From: Geosiphon pyriformis uo1
Taxonomy: Eukaryota > Fungi > Glomeromycota
Assembly (NCBI GenBank): GCA_016748015.1
Contig: JAAOMT010000672.1
Coordinates: 137,428 to 201,427, forward strand
Direction of reading: 5' to 3'
DNA length: 64,000 bases
The notes under the pieces were generated by a model that worked only from the letters and a program-made list of their open reading frames with translations, was not told the DNA's origin and did not search any database. Numbering within the stretch: position 1 is the stretch's first letter; every line of letters begins with the position of its first letter. Below are positions 40,001 to 52,931 of the stretch, piece by piece. The position numbers were made by a program, and so were the translations under genes.

Positions 40001-43000
40001 TTGTGTGTTCATCTTTTGTTATATTTTTGTGAGTATTGTTTTGGTTTTGTTATATTTTTGGGTTGAAATGTCCTTAGATTTGTCTCATTCGTGATAAACC
40101 ATTAGCATTTTCATTGTCTTTTCTCTTTTTATAATGTATTGTATAATTATATAATGTGAGTGCTATTTTCCATCTTGACTGTCTTTCATCTCCAAATTCT
40201 TGTTTTTGGAGTGATGTTAATTTTTGTGATCTGTGTACACCTCAAACTTCTGGCTCAAGTATTTTTTCTATTTCATGACTGCCCAGTATATTGTTAAGTA
40301 TTTTTGTTTTTGTGTTCCATAGTTCTTTTCAGCTGGTGTTAAATCTCTGCTGATATATGCTACTGGATGTTTTCTGCCATCTGGTCCTTTCTGAGATAGT
40401 ACTGCTTCCAATGCTTGGCCGGATGCATCGGTAGTGATGATGAATAGTTTGCTGTGATCTGGATAGATTAGTACTGGAGCTTGGATGAGCTTTCTTTTCA
40501 GAATATCAAAAGCTTTTTGTTGACTTTCTGTTCATTCATATTTTGTATTTTTGTTTTGCAGTTGGTTGTGTGGCTACACTATCTTGGAGAAGTTCTTGAT
40601 AAAATGTCAATAGTAGCTGGCAAATCCCAAGAATGATTTCAGTTCTGTCATATTGGTCAGCACTGGAAAGTTCTTTACTATCTCTATTTTTTTTGGATCC
40701 ATTTTGATGCTATCTTTGCTGACTATGTGTCCCAAGAATTTTAGTTCTGTCTTGCCAAAGAAGCACTTTGTTGCATTTAACTTTAGTCTTTTGAACACTT
40801 GTTGAAAATGATGAAGATGATCATTAAATGTTTTTGAGAATACATTGGTGTTGTCCAAGTATACAACAACTGATTTCTACAATAAGCCAGTATAAACAAT
40901 TTCCATTAGCCATTGGAAAGTGGCTGGAGCATTGGTTAAGCCAAATGGCATTACTTCAAATTCGAAATTCCCTTCTTTAGTGGTGAATGCTGTCTTCTCT
41001 TTGTTAGCTAAATTCATGGCTACTTGCCAATAACTACTATCCAAGTCTAATGTTGAGAACTATTTGTTTCTGCTGAAAGTGTCAAATAATTTCTGTATTC
41101 ATGAAGTTGAATAGCTGTCTCCATAAGTTACACTGTTGAGTTTCCTGTAATCCACACAAAATCAGATTTTCCCATTCTTTTTACAGACAAGTACCACTGG
41201 TGACGACCATGGGCTCATTGATGGTTGAATTAGCCCATTGTCAAGCATCCAGTTTATCTCTTGATGAATGATCTCATGGCTGGCTGGCAGCACTCTGTAT
41301 GCTTTTTGTTTAATTAGCATTGCATCTCCAGTCTTGATCTGATGCTGAATAATGTCAGTTCGGCCAAACTCATTTTCACTGGCAAAGATGTCATTGAAAT
41401 TGTTGAGCAACATCTTGAGCTGCATACATTGGAGTGGATCTAAGTTTTCCATGTTCATTTGTTCCAATTGTTCTGGTTGGAGCAAATAACATTTGTCTCA
41501 TTCATAGATTGTTTGTAATGTAATGTCGACATATTCACAAAGTTGTGGAAAGTCTGGAATGGGGTTTGGTAGTTGGTCTTCTATTTCTGTGGTTAAATAT
41601 TCAATGGTGGTTCCTTCTGGTATATTGATGACATTGCCAGTGTTGTTGTAGATGAGAATTTTTATGTGGCTATAGCTTTTGGCTGGTATGTGGAGATTGA
41701 TCAGCCCAATCTCTCCTAATTCACAAAAGTTTGCTTCAGTTTCAAAAATCTGTTCTTGCTCCTTTTTCTTCTTTTCTATTGCTAGCATGTACTGGCTATA
41801 TGATGGAATGGAAATAGCTTGACTGGTTGAGATAATTTTTTCTTGGCCAACAATTTCTTCCTTTGCCATATTAACTGGTACATCTATTCTACCCGTTAAT
41901 CCAAATCCTTGTATCCCTCTTGTTGTTATTCCTAATTCCTCTCTTGTTTCCACTGACACTAAGCTAGCTACTTTAACTAGTGGTAAGAATATTGCCTGTG
42001 CTATTTTTTTATTTGGCTTAATAGTGTAAGCTTTTTCTGAGTCATTTTGTAGCATGGCACTAATATTTTCTGTATATCTTGCATCTACTATTCTCCTTCT
42101 AATGTTAATTCCTTTTTTTGCTAAACTACTCTTAGATGCTAGTAGAACCATAATTGTTGCTGGGATTTCTAAAGCTATTCTCAGATTAATGCATACTCTC
42201 ACATTTGGTTCCAATTTGATGACATCTTTTCCTGGATATTTCAGATCAAACCTGGCATCAGTATCATGCATGCATTCTGGCATAATATCTTCCCCATTAT
42301 CACTAAACCATTTCAGTTCTTGTTCCTTGGCAAGGTCAGGGAGTGCAATATATTGTTTGTAATTTAAATCAAAGTTTAAATCTGAGTTGAAATCATTGTC
42401 ATTATTAATGCCATGTTGAATAAAGCTGGAACCAGTGTTTTCATCGTTGTCCTTGTTGGAGTTTGAATTGAAATTGAAAATTGATTCTGATTCCGATGTG
42501 CAGCTGCTGATTGGTTCTTCTTCTTTGAAGATTGTGTAGATTATGCATGGTAGTGGATTGTAAATAAGATCACAATCATCACAATATTCAAAGTCACTGG
42601 GAATTAAACAATGACAACACAGTCTTGTATTCAACTGTGTTAGCTGTTGTTCTTGCTTTTCTCTAGTGGGTGCCAAGTTTTGGTAGTGTTCATAAAACTC
42701 TTCTGGTTTCAGAAAATTTATGACTGGCTCTGCATCTCAGTCAAGCTCGATGGGTTCTGGTGGGTTGTTTTTAATTATTCTGACTTCTTCTGGTGACATG
42801 CCTTCAATTTTGGCACTTGCCATTCACCATAATTCATCATCGTCATGTGAACAACTGTTCAATTGCTGTACGGCTCTTCTCCAAGTGGCTTCTATCAGCA
42901 TCTCTTTTTGTACCCAGTTGTTGATAAGGATTGTGTATTGACACAATACATCACACATTCCTCCACGTCCAGGAATGTTGTTCCACATTCTTTCATTGAA

Positions 43001-46000
43001 AAAGGTCTCTCCACAAGCTAAACATGGTGTATTATCCCATTTTCTCACTTGTTTTGGTCTTCCAAAATGCTTGACAAGGCATGTACGGCAATAAAACTTG
43101 GTTGCCATCTGATATTTTTTGTCATTGTTACAGCATGCACCCATTGATGACAATTTTTTGCCACAATTAATGCACACTAGTTTGGGTCAGCGATAGATAG
43201 ATTGTTGTGATGTTGTGTGTTGATAGAAGATATATGGGTTTGTTGACAGTGGCTCTTCTTCTTTTGCTTTTCTTTTCCCTTTGTTGTTTTTTTCCCATTC
43301 TCAGCTGGAAGTTGGTTCGCTCTCATCGTTGTCGGTCCATGTCAGATCATTGGTTTCCCAGGTAAGTTCTTCTTTCTGTTTTCCTTTGTCATCTCATGAT
43401 AGAATAGGTGGCAATTCGTTGTGGTTGTCATTGGCCCAAGAGATTTGGTATACTTCCCAGGTAGGTTTTTCTTTTTCTTTCTCCAGTTCGATCAATAGTT
43501 TCTCTTTTGGAGGAGTTTTGAAGTGACCACATATGGCTGGTACACGTATGTGTCAGTCCTGATATGTTAGCTGGAGTTTCTGGGTGTTTCAGTCTAACAT
43601 TGCGTTAACTTTGGACAGTTAGTCATTACCAATAAGGGCTTAGTATTGGGTGGCTTCTATTACTAAAACTTTAATGAGAGTCACAATGCTGTTGACTTTG
43701 AAAGAGAAGTCATCAATTTCACTAATTGGAGTTTTGGTTGTTCCATCAGTGGTGATAATTCTGGTACTGGCAGCTTGGTTAACCCGGCAACCTAATTGGT
43801 TCATGAGTTGTCATGTGATGATGCTGTCTGCTGAACCATTATCAAGAATTAGTTTGATGAGATGGCCATTAATTTTCACATCAGTGTACATGGTGGTAAT
43901 TGGCTTTTCTTTTAGTGTGGCTCTACTAAATAATGGCATGGTTGACAGTTCCTCAAGTTTGAATGGAAAAATGGCATCCAGAGATTTGTCTTCCGTGATT
44001 GTGGCAGGTGGAATGTTGCTGGTAGGTGTTTGTTTGAGTTCTTGATTGTTGGGTGTGGCATTTTCTGGAGTAACCAAAAGACTTAAATAGTTTTGGGAAT
44101 TCAGGTTTTGGGTGGCACCTGTACCTGAATTTTGAGAATGGGGTCCTGAGCTTTGGTGAGAGGAGCTGGGGATTGGTTGATAAACAACTATCGCTGATCT
44201 CCAATTGTGAGAGGAGCTGGGGATTGGTTGATAAACAACTATCGCTGATCTCCAATTTTGAGCAATTCTGGATCTTGGGTTTCCTGATGTCATCATAGCT
44301 GAGTTTTGGAGTGGTGTTTGGATTGATGGTTGAGACTGATAAATTATTTGGGGCTGCAGCTGATAAATTACTGGAGACTGCTGTTGATAAATTGCTGGTG
44401 GCTGTGATTGATAAACTGGAGGTTAATATACTGGCAGTTGATAGATTGGTTGCTGCATAATTGGCAGGTAAGTATTTTGATATTGGTCTTGATCTCAATT
44501 TGGATAACAATTTGGAGTTTGGAACTGGCAATTGGGATTTCTGTATTGATTTTCTGATTGTTGGTTGCTATAAGTATGGCAATTAACTTGAATATGGCTT
44601 TGTTTACCACAGTTGTGACAGACACGTGTTTCTGGCTGCCATAGCAGACTAGGTGCTGTTGAGGATGATGAATGTGATTGATTTTGGAAATGATTCACGT
44701 TTCCTGAATTATTGTGTCATTGTGGTAGTTGATATATAGCGCAATTGTCAGCTAAGTATCTCTCTAATTTCTGATTAATTGACTCACTGAATTGTTTTAA
44801 TTTGGAATCCAATTTAGATGATCTATTCATTACTAGGTTTACTGCTTGGGCGTGGTTGGCTTTTAACTCAGCTGCTTCAAAATCTCTGGCATGTGTAACT
44901 GCAGTAGGGAGGTCAACTGGATGCATTGGGTGTACTTGCTGGAGAAGGTTACTGCGTAAACCTCTAATAAATTGGTTCAAAATCTGTGGCGCTGTAAAAT
45001 AGTCAGCTTGAATTGCTTGAATCTGGCGCAAGTTTTTATGGAAGTAAGTGGTGACTGCTTCAGTATCTCCTTGTTTGATAGTAGTGAAGAGATTGACTAA
45101 CTTGTTGATACTATTATTGTTGCTGAAATATCTTACAAATTCCGTCTTGAAGTCGTTAAAAGTTTGGGGTTTGATAGCTAGACTTTGATACTATGCATCT
45201 GTGGTGTCTCTTAGAAAGTATGAGATGGCTTAAAGTGCTCGGGTGTTATTCCATCTGTTCGCAGTAATGGCTTTCTCTATGTCATTCAGCCATACTTGTG
45301 TGTTGTTTTTTTTGCCGGTAAAGTTGTCAAGTTTTGCGATTGGTGTGTAGGCCATTGAATCTAAGTTGGGTTGTTGTGGTGGCTGTTGAAGCAGTTGTTG
45401 TTGTACTGGTTGTTGGGGTGGTAGTTGAAATAGCTGTTGTATGGGTTCAGCTACTGGATTAATTGGCAGTTGATCAATGACAATTACCAGAGGTAAGTTT
45501 TGCTGATTAATTAATTTGGGGTTTGGATTGTTCTGTCTTTGATGATTTGGAGTTTCGATTTCCGAATTTTCTAGATTTAGGTTTTGCTGAGCTTGAAAAT
45601 TTGGGGTTTCAATTTCCAGGTTTTTAGTGATCGGGTTTTGGTAAGTAAATTCTTGATCTTCCAATTCTTCTTCCTCTTCTTCTTCAGATAGTTCCCATGG
45701 AGTAGTGGTTCCAAAGTCCAGTTGAGGCGGCAGTGATCAAATTCTTGATGGGGTTGGTGATTGTAATTTAAATCCCTCAAAATATTCACCATATGATCCT
45801 AATAGATCTGTTTTTCTTTGTTTACTTTGAAATGGGAATTATTTGAATGTTGATATTGCATTTGATGTGAACATGCTTGCTAATGTTATATTGATGGCAC
45901 TTCCTAGTGTGTAGTGATAAGATGGGGCAGTTGGTAATTCAACTCTTGTTTTCTTCTAAGTGGGTGGTTGTATCTTTTTGTGTGTTACTGCTGGTGTTTG

Positions 46001-47213
46001 TAGTTTTTCTTTGCCTTTACTGGCATAAGTAATTAGATATCTTTGTTGGGTGTGATGTTTGATTTCTTTGTTGATCTCAGTAATGATAAAGGCAAAATTG
46101 TGATTTGTTCGCAGATTGGTATTTTGAATTAATTCTCTGTAGAAAGTTTTTTTGGCTGATTCAGTATTCACTGGTGTTCCTAACAAAGAGAAAATCTTTT
46201 TGTTGACATAGAAATTAAAGGCTAATTTGGCAGATATATGATTGTGGTTTAATCTCAAGTGTTGACAATAGTGTTGAAATAGAGATTTCGCAAATCCTAA
46301 ATGGTTTGCTCCTATGTTTTCTGATTCTGCCACTTTTGGTTTGGTGTTGTCAGTGCTAGTTCTTTGTAGGATTATACTTCACAGAGAGCACCAAATGTTA
46401 TAATTGATTATTTAGGGTCTTGAATCAAATAACAAACTCGTAACTTGGTGCTCAAAAGCTATTTCCATTGATGATGTTCTGAAAGTATTGTATCTGAAGG
46501 TTTTGATGAAGTCTTTTGTATAATGGACAGAGATTCAATAGTTGTTTTATCCATAGCTTTCCAGACTCGCAAGTCTGTCAATTTTTTTTTCGACTTGGTG
46601 ACCGGCAATCCTCTGGTAAGTAATCCGTATTTTCTGTACGTGTTCTACCCACTCGCAGGAGTCTTTTACCAGGCAATTTTTGACATCAGTAATCAGTGCT
46701 TTCAATCAATTGGTTAGTGCACAATAACAAAATCACAGAAAAAATAAAGAAAATAAAGAAATCTAAAGAAATAAGCCAAGGCAATTTGCAGATTAGTATC
46801 CTGTCAATAGTCATGATCAAGAGCTATTGTTCCAGCATGGTTAAGTATCAATTACTATCAACATGAAGTGTTAATAGTGGAGAGTGGATTGAGATATGAA
46901 ATAATTATTTATTTGATAATTGTGTTTCTAGGCTAAGGATTCTGTGGTATCAATTCTGTTTTTTCTGTTTCTAACACTACTGCTATATATACATATTTGA
47001 GATTCCTCAATTTCTCAATTCCTTGTGACAGAAATCCTGGAATCCTGTGATTCCTGATGAGAGGAATCCTGGAATTCTGGAATTTTGCAATTCCTCGTCA
47101 GGGAATCCTGAAATTCCTGGAATCTTAGAATTCCACATTTACTATATCTACTTTTGATTGGCTAATATCTACTGACTAATAATACTATATTTTTCTATAT
47201 TTTATGAGTAACA
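37093..47213 (-). mobile_element. Element C: full-length family A Ty3/Gypsy element, 4-bp TSD CTGG, nested in D integrase
   Basis: LTRs 37093-37933 and 46396-47213; PBS 46383-46393; PPT 37934-37948; CTGG at 37089-37092 and 47214-47217; removal restores AAGACTGGATAAC as in A. gag-pol 40074-46333 (dUTPase ~41891-42316), IN 38636-40012, ORF3 37947-38606, all with stops. Confidence 0.95.
44156..44257. repeat. Perfect 2 x 51-bp tandem duplication in C Gag-PR linker
   Basis: Units 44156-44206 and 44207-44257; NWRSAIVVYQPIPSSSH twice. Confidence 0.9.
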
Positions 47214-47217
47214 CTGG

Positions 47218-48956
47218 ATAACAAAATCTTAACCAAAGCAGCACATGGAGATCGACTAAAACCATACCACAACATCACATCACTATCTACCAGTAATATT
47301 CTACAATTAGGAGTACAAAGGATACTAGTTCAACCAGAGAAAATTCCACAAAATCTGAAACCAATCATCACTATTAACAACTACATGTTAAATTAATCCA
47401 TAAAAAGAATATATAAGGACATGGTAGACATGACAAGAAATATCAGAAAAATGGAAATTACAGACAACATCTACTCACTAGCACAACAACTCTTTCAATT
47501 GATTCAACACTAAGAGATAGAAATTACAATTAATCAACAAACCATCTGATATCAAGACACTAAAAAGACATTGCCACATAGAACACAGAAGAAAACTGAA
47601 AATACCATGGACAAAATCATTGTGAAAGTAAAATTAGCAATAAAAGAGTCAACAAAAAAGTTACTATACCAAGAGTTAACTAAAAAAACTTGGAATTGGT
47701 AGATACAACAATTTCCAAGAAACTATTGTTATTTTTACTTGAGACAACACATGAATATCCAAAATCTATATATGGATAAAACAAAGCAATTATTTGACAC
47801 AAGAATACTACAACAATTAGAACATTTTGTGGGAAAGAACAACTTATCTACATAGGTCTGAGCCATATACCGAATACACACAGCATTTCAGGATCAACCA
47901 GAAATTTTACTCAACAAAGCAATGGATATGGTTACCAATAATCAATTAAGAAAGATTACCAACACTCAATTTGAAGAATTACAGACTCAAATAACACAAG
48001 TAATTCTCGAAAATGAAATTCAAGAAATACTTCAAGAAAGAAAATTAACAGAGTTAGATTTCGACGGAGCTCAATATTAAAAGGAGGAAATAATATTACT
48101 CATAAAAATATAGAAAATATATATTAGCATTGTTATTAGCCAATCAGAAGTAGATATAGTAAAATATGGAATTCCAGGATTCCTTTCAGGAATTGCAGGA
48201 TTCCAGAAATTATAGGATTCTCACAAGAAATCACAGGATTCCAGAATTTCAGAATTTTTCTCAAAGAAATTGCAGAATTCCAGGAATTCCAGGATTCCTG
48301 TTGTGAAGAATTGAGGAATTGAGGAATCTCAATTATGTATATATAGCAGTAAGATTAGAAGCTGAAAAGACAGACTTCTCAGTTTAGATTTAATCTAAGA
48401 AACTCTCCAAATTACAATCATCTAATAAATAACTATTTGTTATCTCAAATCCATTTCCACTATCAATACTTTATGTTGATAGTAATTAATACTTAACCAC
48501 ACTGGAACAATAGCTCTTGATCACGGCTATTGACGAAATACTAACTTGCAAATTGCCTTGGCTTATTTTCTTTCTTTCTTTATTTTCTTTTCTTTTCTTT
48601 ATTTTCTTGCTTTGATTTTATTGTTGTTTACTAACTCTATTAAGGATTAACGTGCAGGGCACTGACATCAGGATAAACATGACTGATAAAAGACCCAGAA
48701 ATAAGGGTAGAACACTTGATTGAGGATAGCTTACCAGGAGGAATAATGGCCACCAAGCTGAGAAAGAAATTGACAAAACTGTGGTTTCAGGAAGCTACAG
48801 ATAAAACTATTACCATTAAATCTCTGTCCATTATATAAAGAACTCAACCAAACCCTTCAGGCACAAACCTTTAGATCACTATTAACTGCAACTAGATTTG
48901 AGCACCAAGTTATGGGTTGTTATTTAATCCAACACCAGAAATTGTCATCTGTAATA
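47218..48956 (+). mobile_element. Element D, right part: IN C-terminus, ORF3 (47421-48080), PPT, 3' LTR 48094-48956
   Basis: Collinear with A 24589-25887; LTR termini decayed to TATTAC...GTAATA; U5 differs from A's LTR and matches solo LTR 9845-10832. Confidence 0.9.
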
Positions 48957-49360
48957 CTGGTTGACTTTGTATAAAATGTGGATGTGCATTACCATTTTGA
49001 GTTATGGGAGTTCAGGTCCAGATTTAGAGCTAACATAGAGAAAAACAACTTGTTAGTGACTTAAAGGTGTTATTAGTGTTATATTGCAGTTCAGTGTAAG
49101 ATTTGTTGAATAATATGATTAGATTGATTGGTATTGATGATTCTTTTGGAATGAGTTTTGGTTTCTGTAAGTCTTGTTTGTTTTTTTCTGGTTTGGTTAA
49201 TATGATATCTGTTCATATAAGTACATAGTATCACCTAGATTAGTCTAAGTGATTAGTCACATGTAGTAAATGCATGAATTACATCTAGCTGGAATCCATA
49301 GTTTTGACTTTGTATACTAGATAGTAATTAGGCTGCACTTATTAAACTGGATAAAAAAAA
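48957..49360 (+). mobile_element. LINE2, 3' fragment (end of ORF2, 3' UTR, poly-A)
   Basis: Collinear with LINE1 14100-14500; A tail from 49353; right TSD AATTAATAATATA 49361-49373 (12/13 match to 15040-15052). Confidence 0.85.
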
Positions 49361-49499
49361 AATTAATAATATATTAGCAATTTTAAATATAATATTTTAT
49401 ATGTTATATATTATATTAAAATTAATATTTTAGTGTAAACACAGAGCAAAAAAAAATAACCAATTTGTTTTTAAAAAAGAATATGTATATATGTCTAAT

Positions 49500-52055
49500 A
49501 AAAACTATGTATTAAAAGACTAAAGTTATTTCTATTCTAATTTAAAATCTATTCCTAATATAGAATTGGCCAATTAATTTTAGAATTATATTAATAAAAA
49601 TTTATTCCAATTAAGTAACCAAGTATCTATAAATAAAGATAAAATTTTTGGTTATAATTTCAATCATATTTAGCATTAAATTTTTCTATATTTATTTAAC
49701 TGTAAAACTTTATACTGGTTATGCTTTTAAAACATAAAAAGATATTAATATAATTATGAAGACTTATAATAAACAACAAGAATTTGGAGTTATCAAAAAG
49801 AAATTAGAATAATATTCAAACAGCAGCATTAAATATTGCATTTTTGAATGCAAATTTGGCAGCCAATATAAACCAAAAAAAAAGATTAATATTTAAAATT
49901 ATCAAAACACTAAATTAAAACATTAAGAATATAGTTAATATATTAATATTAACTGTACCAAAAACTCATGCAAAATAATTTTTACTATTTTTAATAATAC
50001 ACACTATTATTTATTATATTTCAACACTAGAAAATATGCTTTAATGTATTAAAAAATTTTAGATAACATTTTTTAAAAAATCTGATTTTTCACAAAATGT
50101 ATAAATTTATTAATTACTATTCAAAGAAAATTATTAAAAGTAAAATTTTCAACAGTATTTATTCTTAATTGTGATCTTACAAATACAATATAAAAATTTA
50201 AAGTTTATAGCAACAAAAAACACAATACATTTCACTTGTTAACAATTTTTATAAGTTACAAATCAAATGATTCTAAATGAGTTATAGAATTTTAAATTGA
50301 TAAAAATTAGCTTATTCATGTATTTTGAATGTCTTTTGCACAAGTTGTTCTTTGGTTAGAATACTATAATATTGTTTTAAATAATAATACAACAAAGACC
50401 AACTGTTATCAGATACTATTTTTTTTTCTTTATTATAAACAATAACACAAGATTCTATTTTATTACACAAGCCTTTATATCAGATAAAACTATTGAATTA
50501 TATAAATAGATTTTAGAATACACAAAAAAAACAACAATGACAAAACCATTAATATTTATTACCAATACTGATTTTATAGCAAATACAACAATTGCTCAAG
50601 TATATAAAACAACTTATCAATTTTATTGTATTTATTACATTAATAAAAACTTATCAAAAAATCTTAAATCAAAGCTTTATGATCAATATAAAAGCTTTGT
50701 TCTCAATTTTTTTTTATGTTATAATAATTTATATGAAAAAAATTTCTATAAATAATAGTTACAACTTACTAAAGCATATATTAATGCTAAAAATTACTTA
50801 ATAAGAGCTTTTTATTCCAGTTAACAAACATGGATCTGTGCATTCACATCAAAAATATTTACTGCAAAAACTTAAACTACTTTTTGTATTAAAAGTCTTA
50901 ATACTATTATTAAACACATGCTTTTAGTAAATAGTAGTTTGTGTAATCTTGCTAGTATATTAGACACAAGACTTAAAAATAAGAAAGAATAAAATTATTT
51001 TTTAAATATTGTATACTTTTATCTTATATAAAAATCATATTAATTGGCTATGATCTTTTTCCTAAGGTTAACAAACAAATAACTTAATACTTTATACTTT
51101 ATATTTTATCTATAAAACATTTAGAAATAACACAATACTTATACTTTATTGCAAATTAATTATTATTAAATATTAATACTTATGATAAAGTAAAAAAATT
51201 TATTTTTTAGTGTACTTTTTCAAGTCATTTATCTAACAACATTTTGATATTTAGAATTCTAGTCTTAATATAATAAATAATTTTATTAAGAATTTGTATA
51301 ACATAAAACAAATTTTATTGAAATTAATAATTGCTGAAGTCAATGAAAAAAACATCAAGAAAGTGTAAAATATCACAAATTTATAACCAAAAAACAACAA
51401 ATATTTATATTTCATTATAATTGTTAATTTTGTTTTTATCTTTGTTTATGCTTATCTTATATATCTTGTAATATTGTTTGTTGTTGTTATTTTTAAGTAA
51501 TATTAAATTTAAAAATTGTGGAGTTTTATATTTAAATAATTTTTGTAATAGTATACTAATAAAAAAAGACAATAATTTAGTTACTAAAGCTTTTTGCTTT
51601 ATAAATTAAGAAGCTGCAAAAAATTCTTCTAATAAAATAGTAATTTCAAATTTTTTAACTATATTTAAGACCATTACTAATGTTTTATGTCTTGTAGTAC
51701 AGAGAAAACAAAAATATAATAAAATATAAAAACTTGTATGACAGGCTGTTTAACTTATTATTAAATATAACAATTATTGTAAAATAATAATATAGTCAAA
51801 ACAATTTATTGGCCAACATAAAAAAGTGGTATCTATACTTTAAAATCAAGACCAAATACTAAAGAACAATCAAGTTGATAATGCCAATAAAGAAAATAAG
51901 CTTGAACAAATTGAAAATTTATTAGTATTACAATATAAAAGACATCTAAAAACCAAACATTATAAGTTTACTACTGAAAAAAAAGAAAACCACACATAAA
52001 ATACACTTGTAATAGATGTGATTTTTTAGAACACAATAATATAAAATGTTAAAAT
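49500..52055 (+). pseudogene. Decayed MULE/FAR1-like transposase (DDE core, SWIM-like, C-terminal knuckle)
   Basis: NTTKTNCYQ..QAFISDKT (DNTxKTNRY..QALxxDET) ~50385-50490; PLIFITNTD...YCIYYINKNL (TDxD...CxxH); C-terminal CNRCDFLEHNNIKC ~52010-52050. No TIRs identified; ends approximate. Confidence 0.7.
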
Positions 52056-52931
52056 TAGATAAAATTTAGTTAATTATTTGTTTATTTCTTGTTTTACAAT
52101 AATTAAACATTGTATTTATTTTTAATAAAATTAATAATTTAACTTTAATTTGTTTAATAAAAATAAAAATACATATTATTATTACATGTTATTTTTTTAA
52201 AATTTAATAAAATTTTTGATCCTAATTGAAACTATTTTCGAAGTTGTTTTATATAATAGATTGTTACAATTAAATTCATTAAAAAAGATTAATATTTTAA
52301 AAAAAATGTTATATTTAATAAAAATATCTAATTGTTAATACTGTTTTAAGTAACAAAATTTAAATTATTTAATTATTAATTGCAAAATATATTTATATTT
52401 TTTTCTAATATTTTTATTTAAATTTGCAAATAGTTTTAAGATTTTTAATTTTTATTTTATTAATACTAAATTTTATATTAAAACTTTTATTTTATTGTTT
52501 ATTTCTAATATTATATTTTTAATTGTTTTTAGGTTGATTTTAAATTGATTTTTTTAAAATCTAAGTTAAATTTATTGTTAAATTTATTAGTATTTTAATT
52601 ATTTTAGTTATTAAATTAGTTAATATATTTTTTTTTAAAACCAAATTAGATAATAAAATTTTTATAATTAACAAAAATATTAGTTTTTTTAACTGTATAA
52701 TTAGTAATTTGTGTAAAAAAATAATAAATTTTAATATAAAATGTAAATTAAATTTATTATTAAAAAATAATATATTTAAAATTAGATTTTTTTATAAATA
52801 ATAAAACTTTTAAAAATAAATTTAGTATAAATAGTACTGTTTTTTTACAAATTTAATTTAGTTTAATTTTAATTAGCTTAAATAGTTAATTATATTTAAA
52901 AAAAATATAAGTTATAATTATTTGTAATTTT

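Noticed and set aside
43953-44531. 192-aa Ser/Thr-rich alternative-frame ORF (also 19181-19405) as an overlapping gene or frameshift product
   Set aside because: Knuckle and protease are already in one frame in A, B and C; the C/A-rich linker is naturally stop-poor in other frames.
14621-52269. TTGTAACAA / TTGTTACAA as MULE terminal inverted repeats
   Set aside because: Only 9 bp in AT-rich DNA, does not extend, no TSD.
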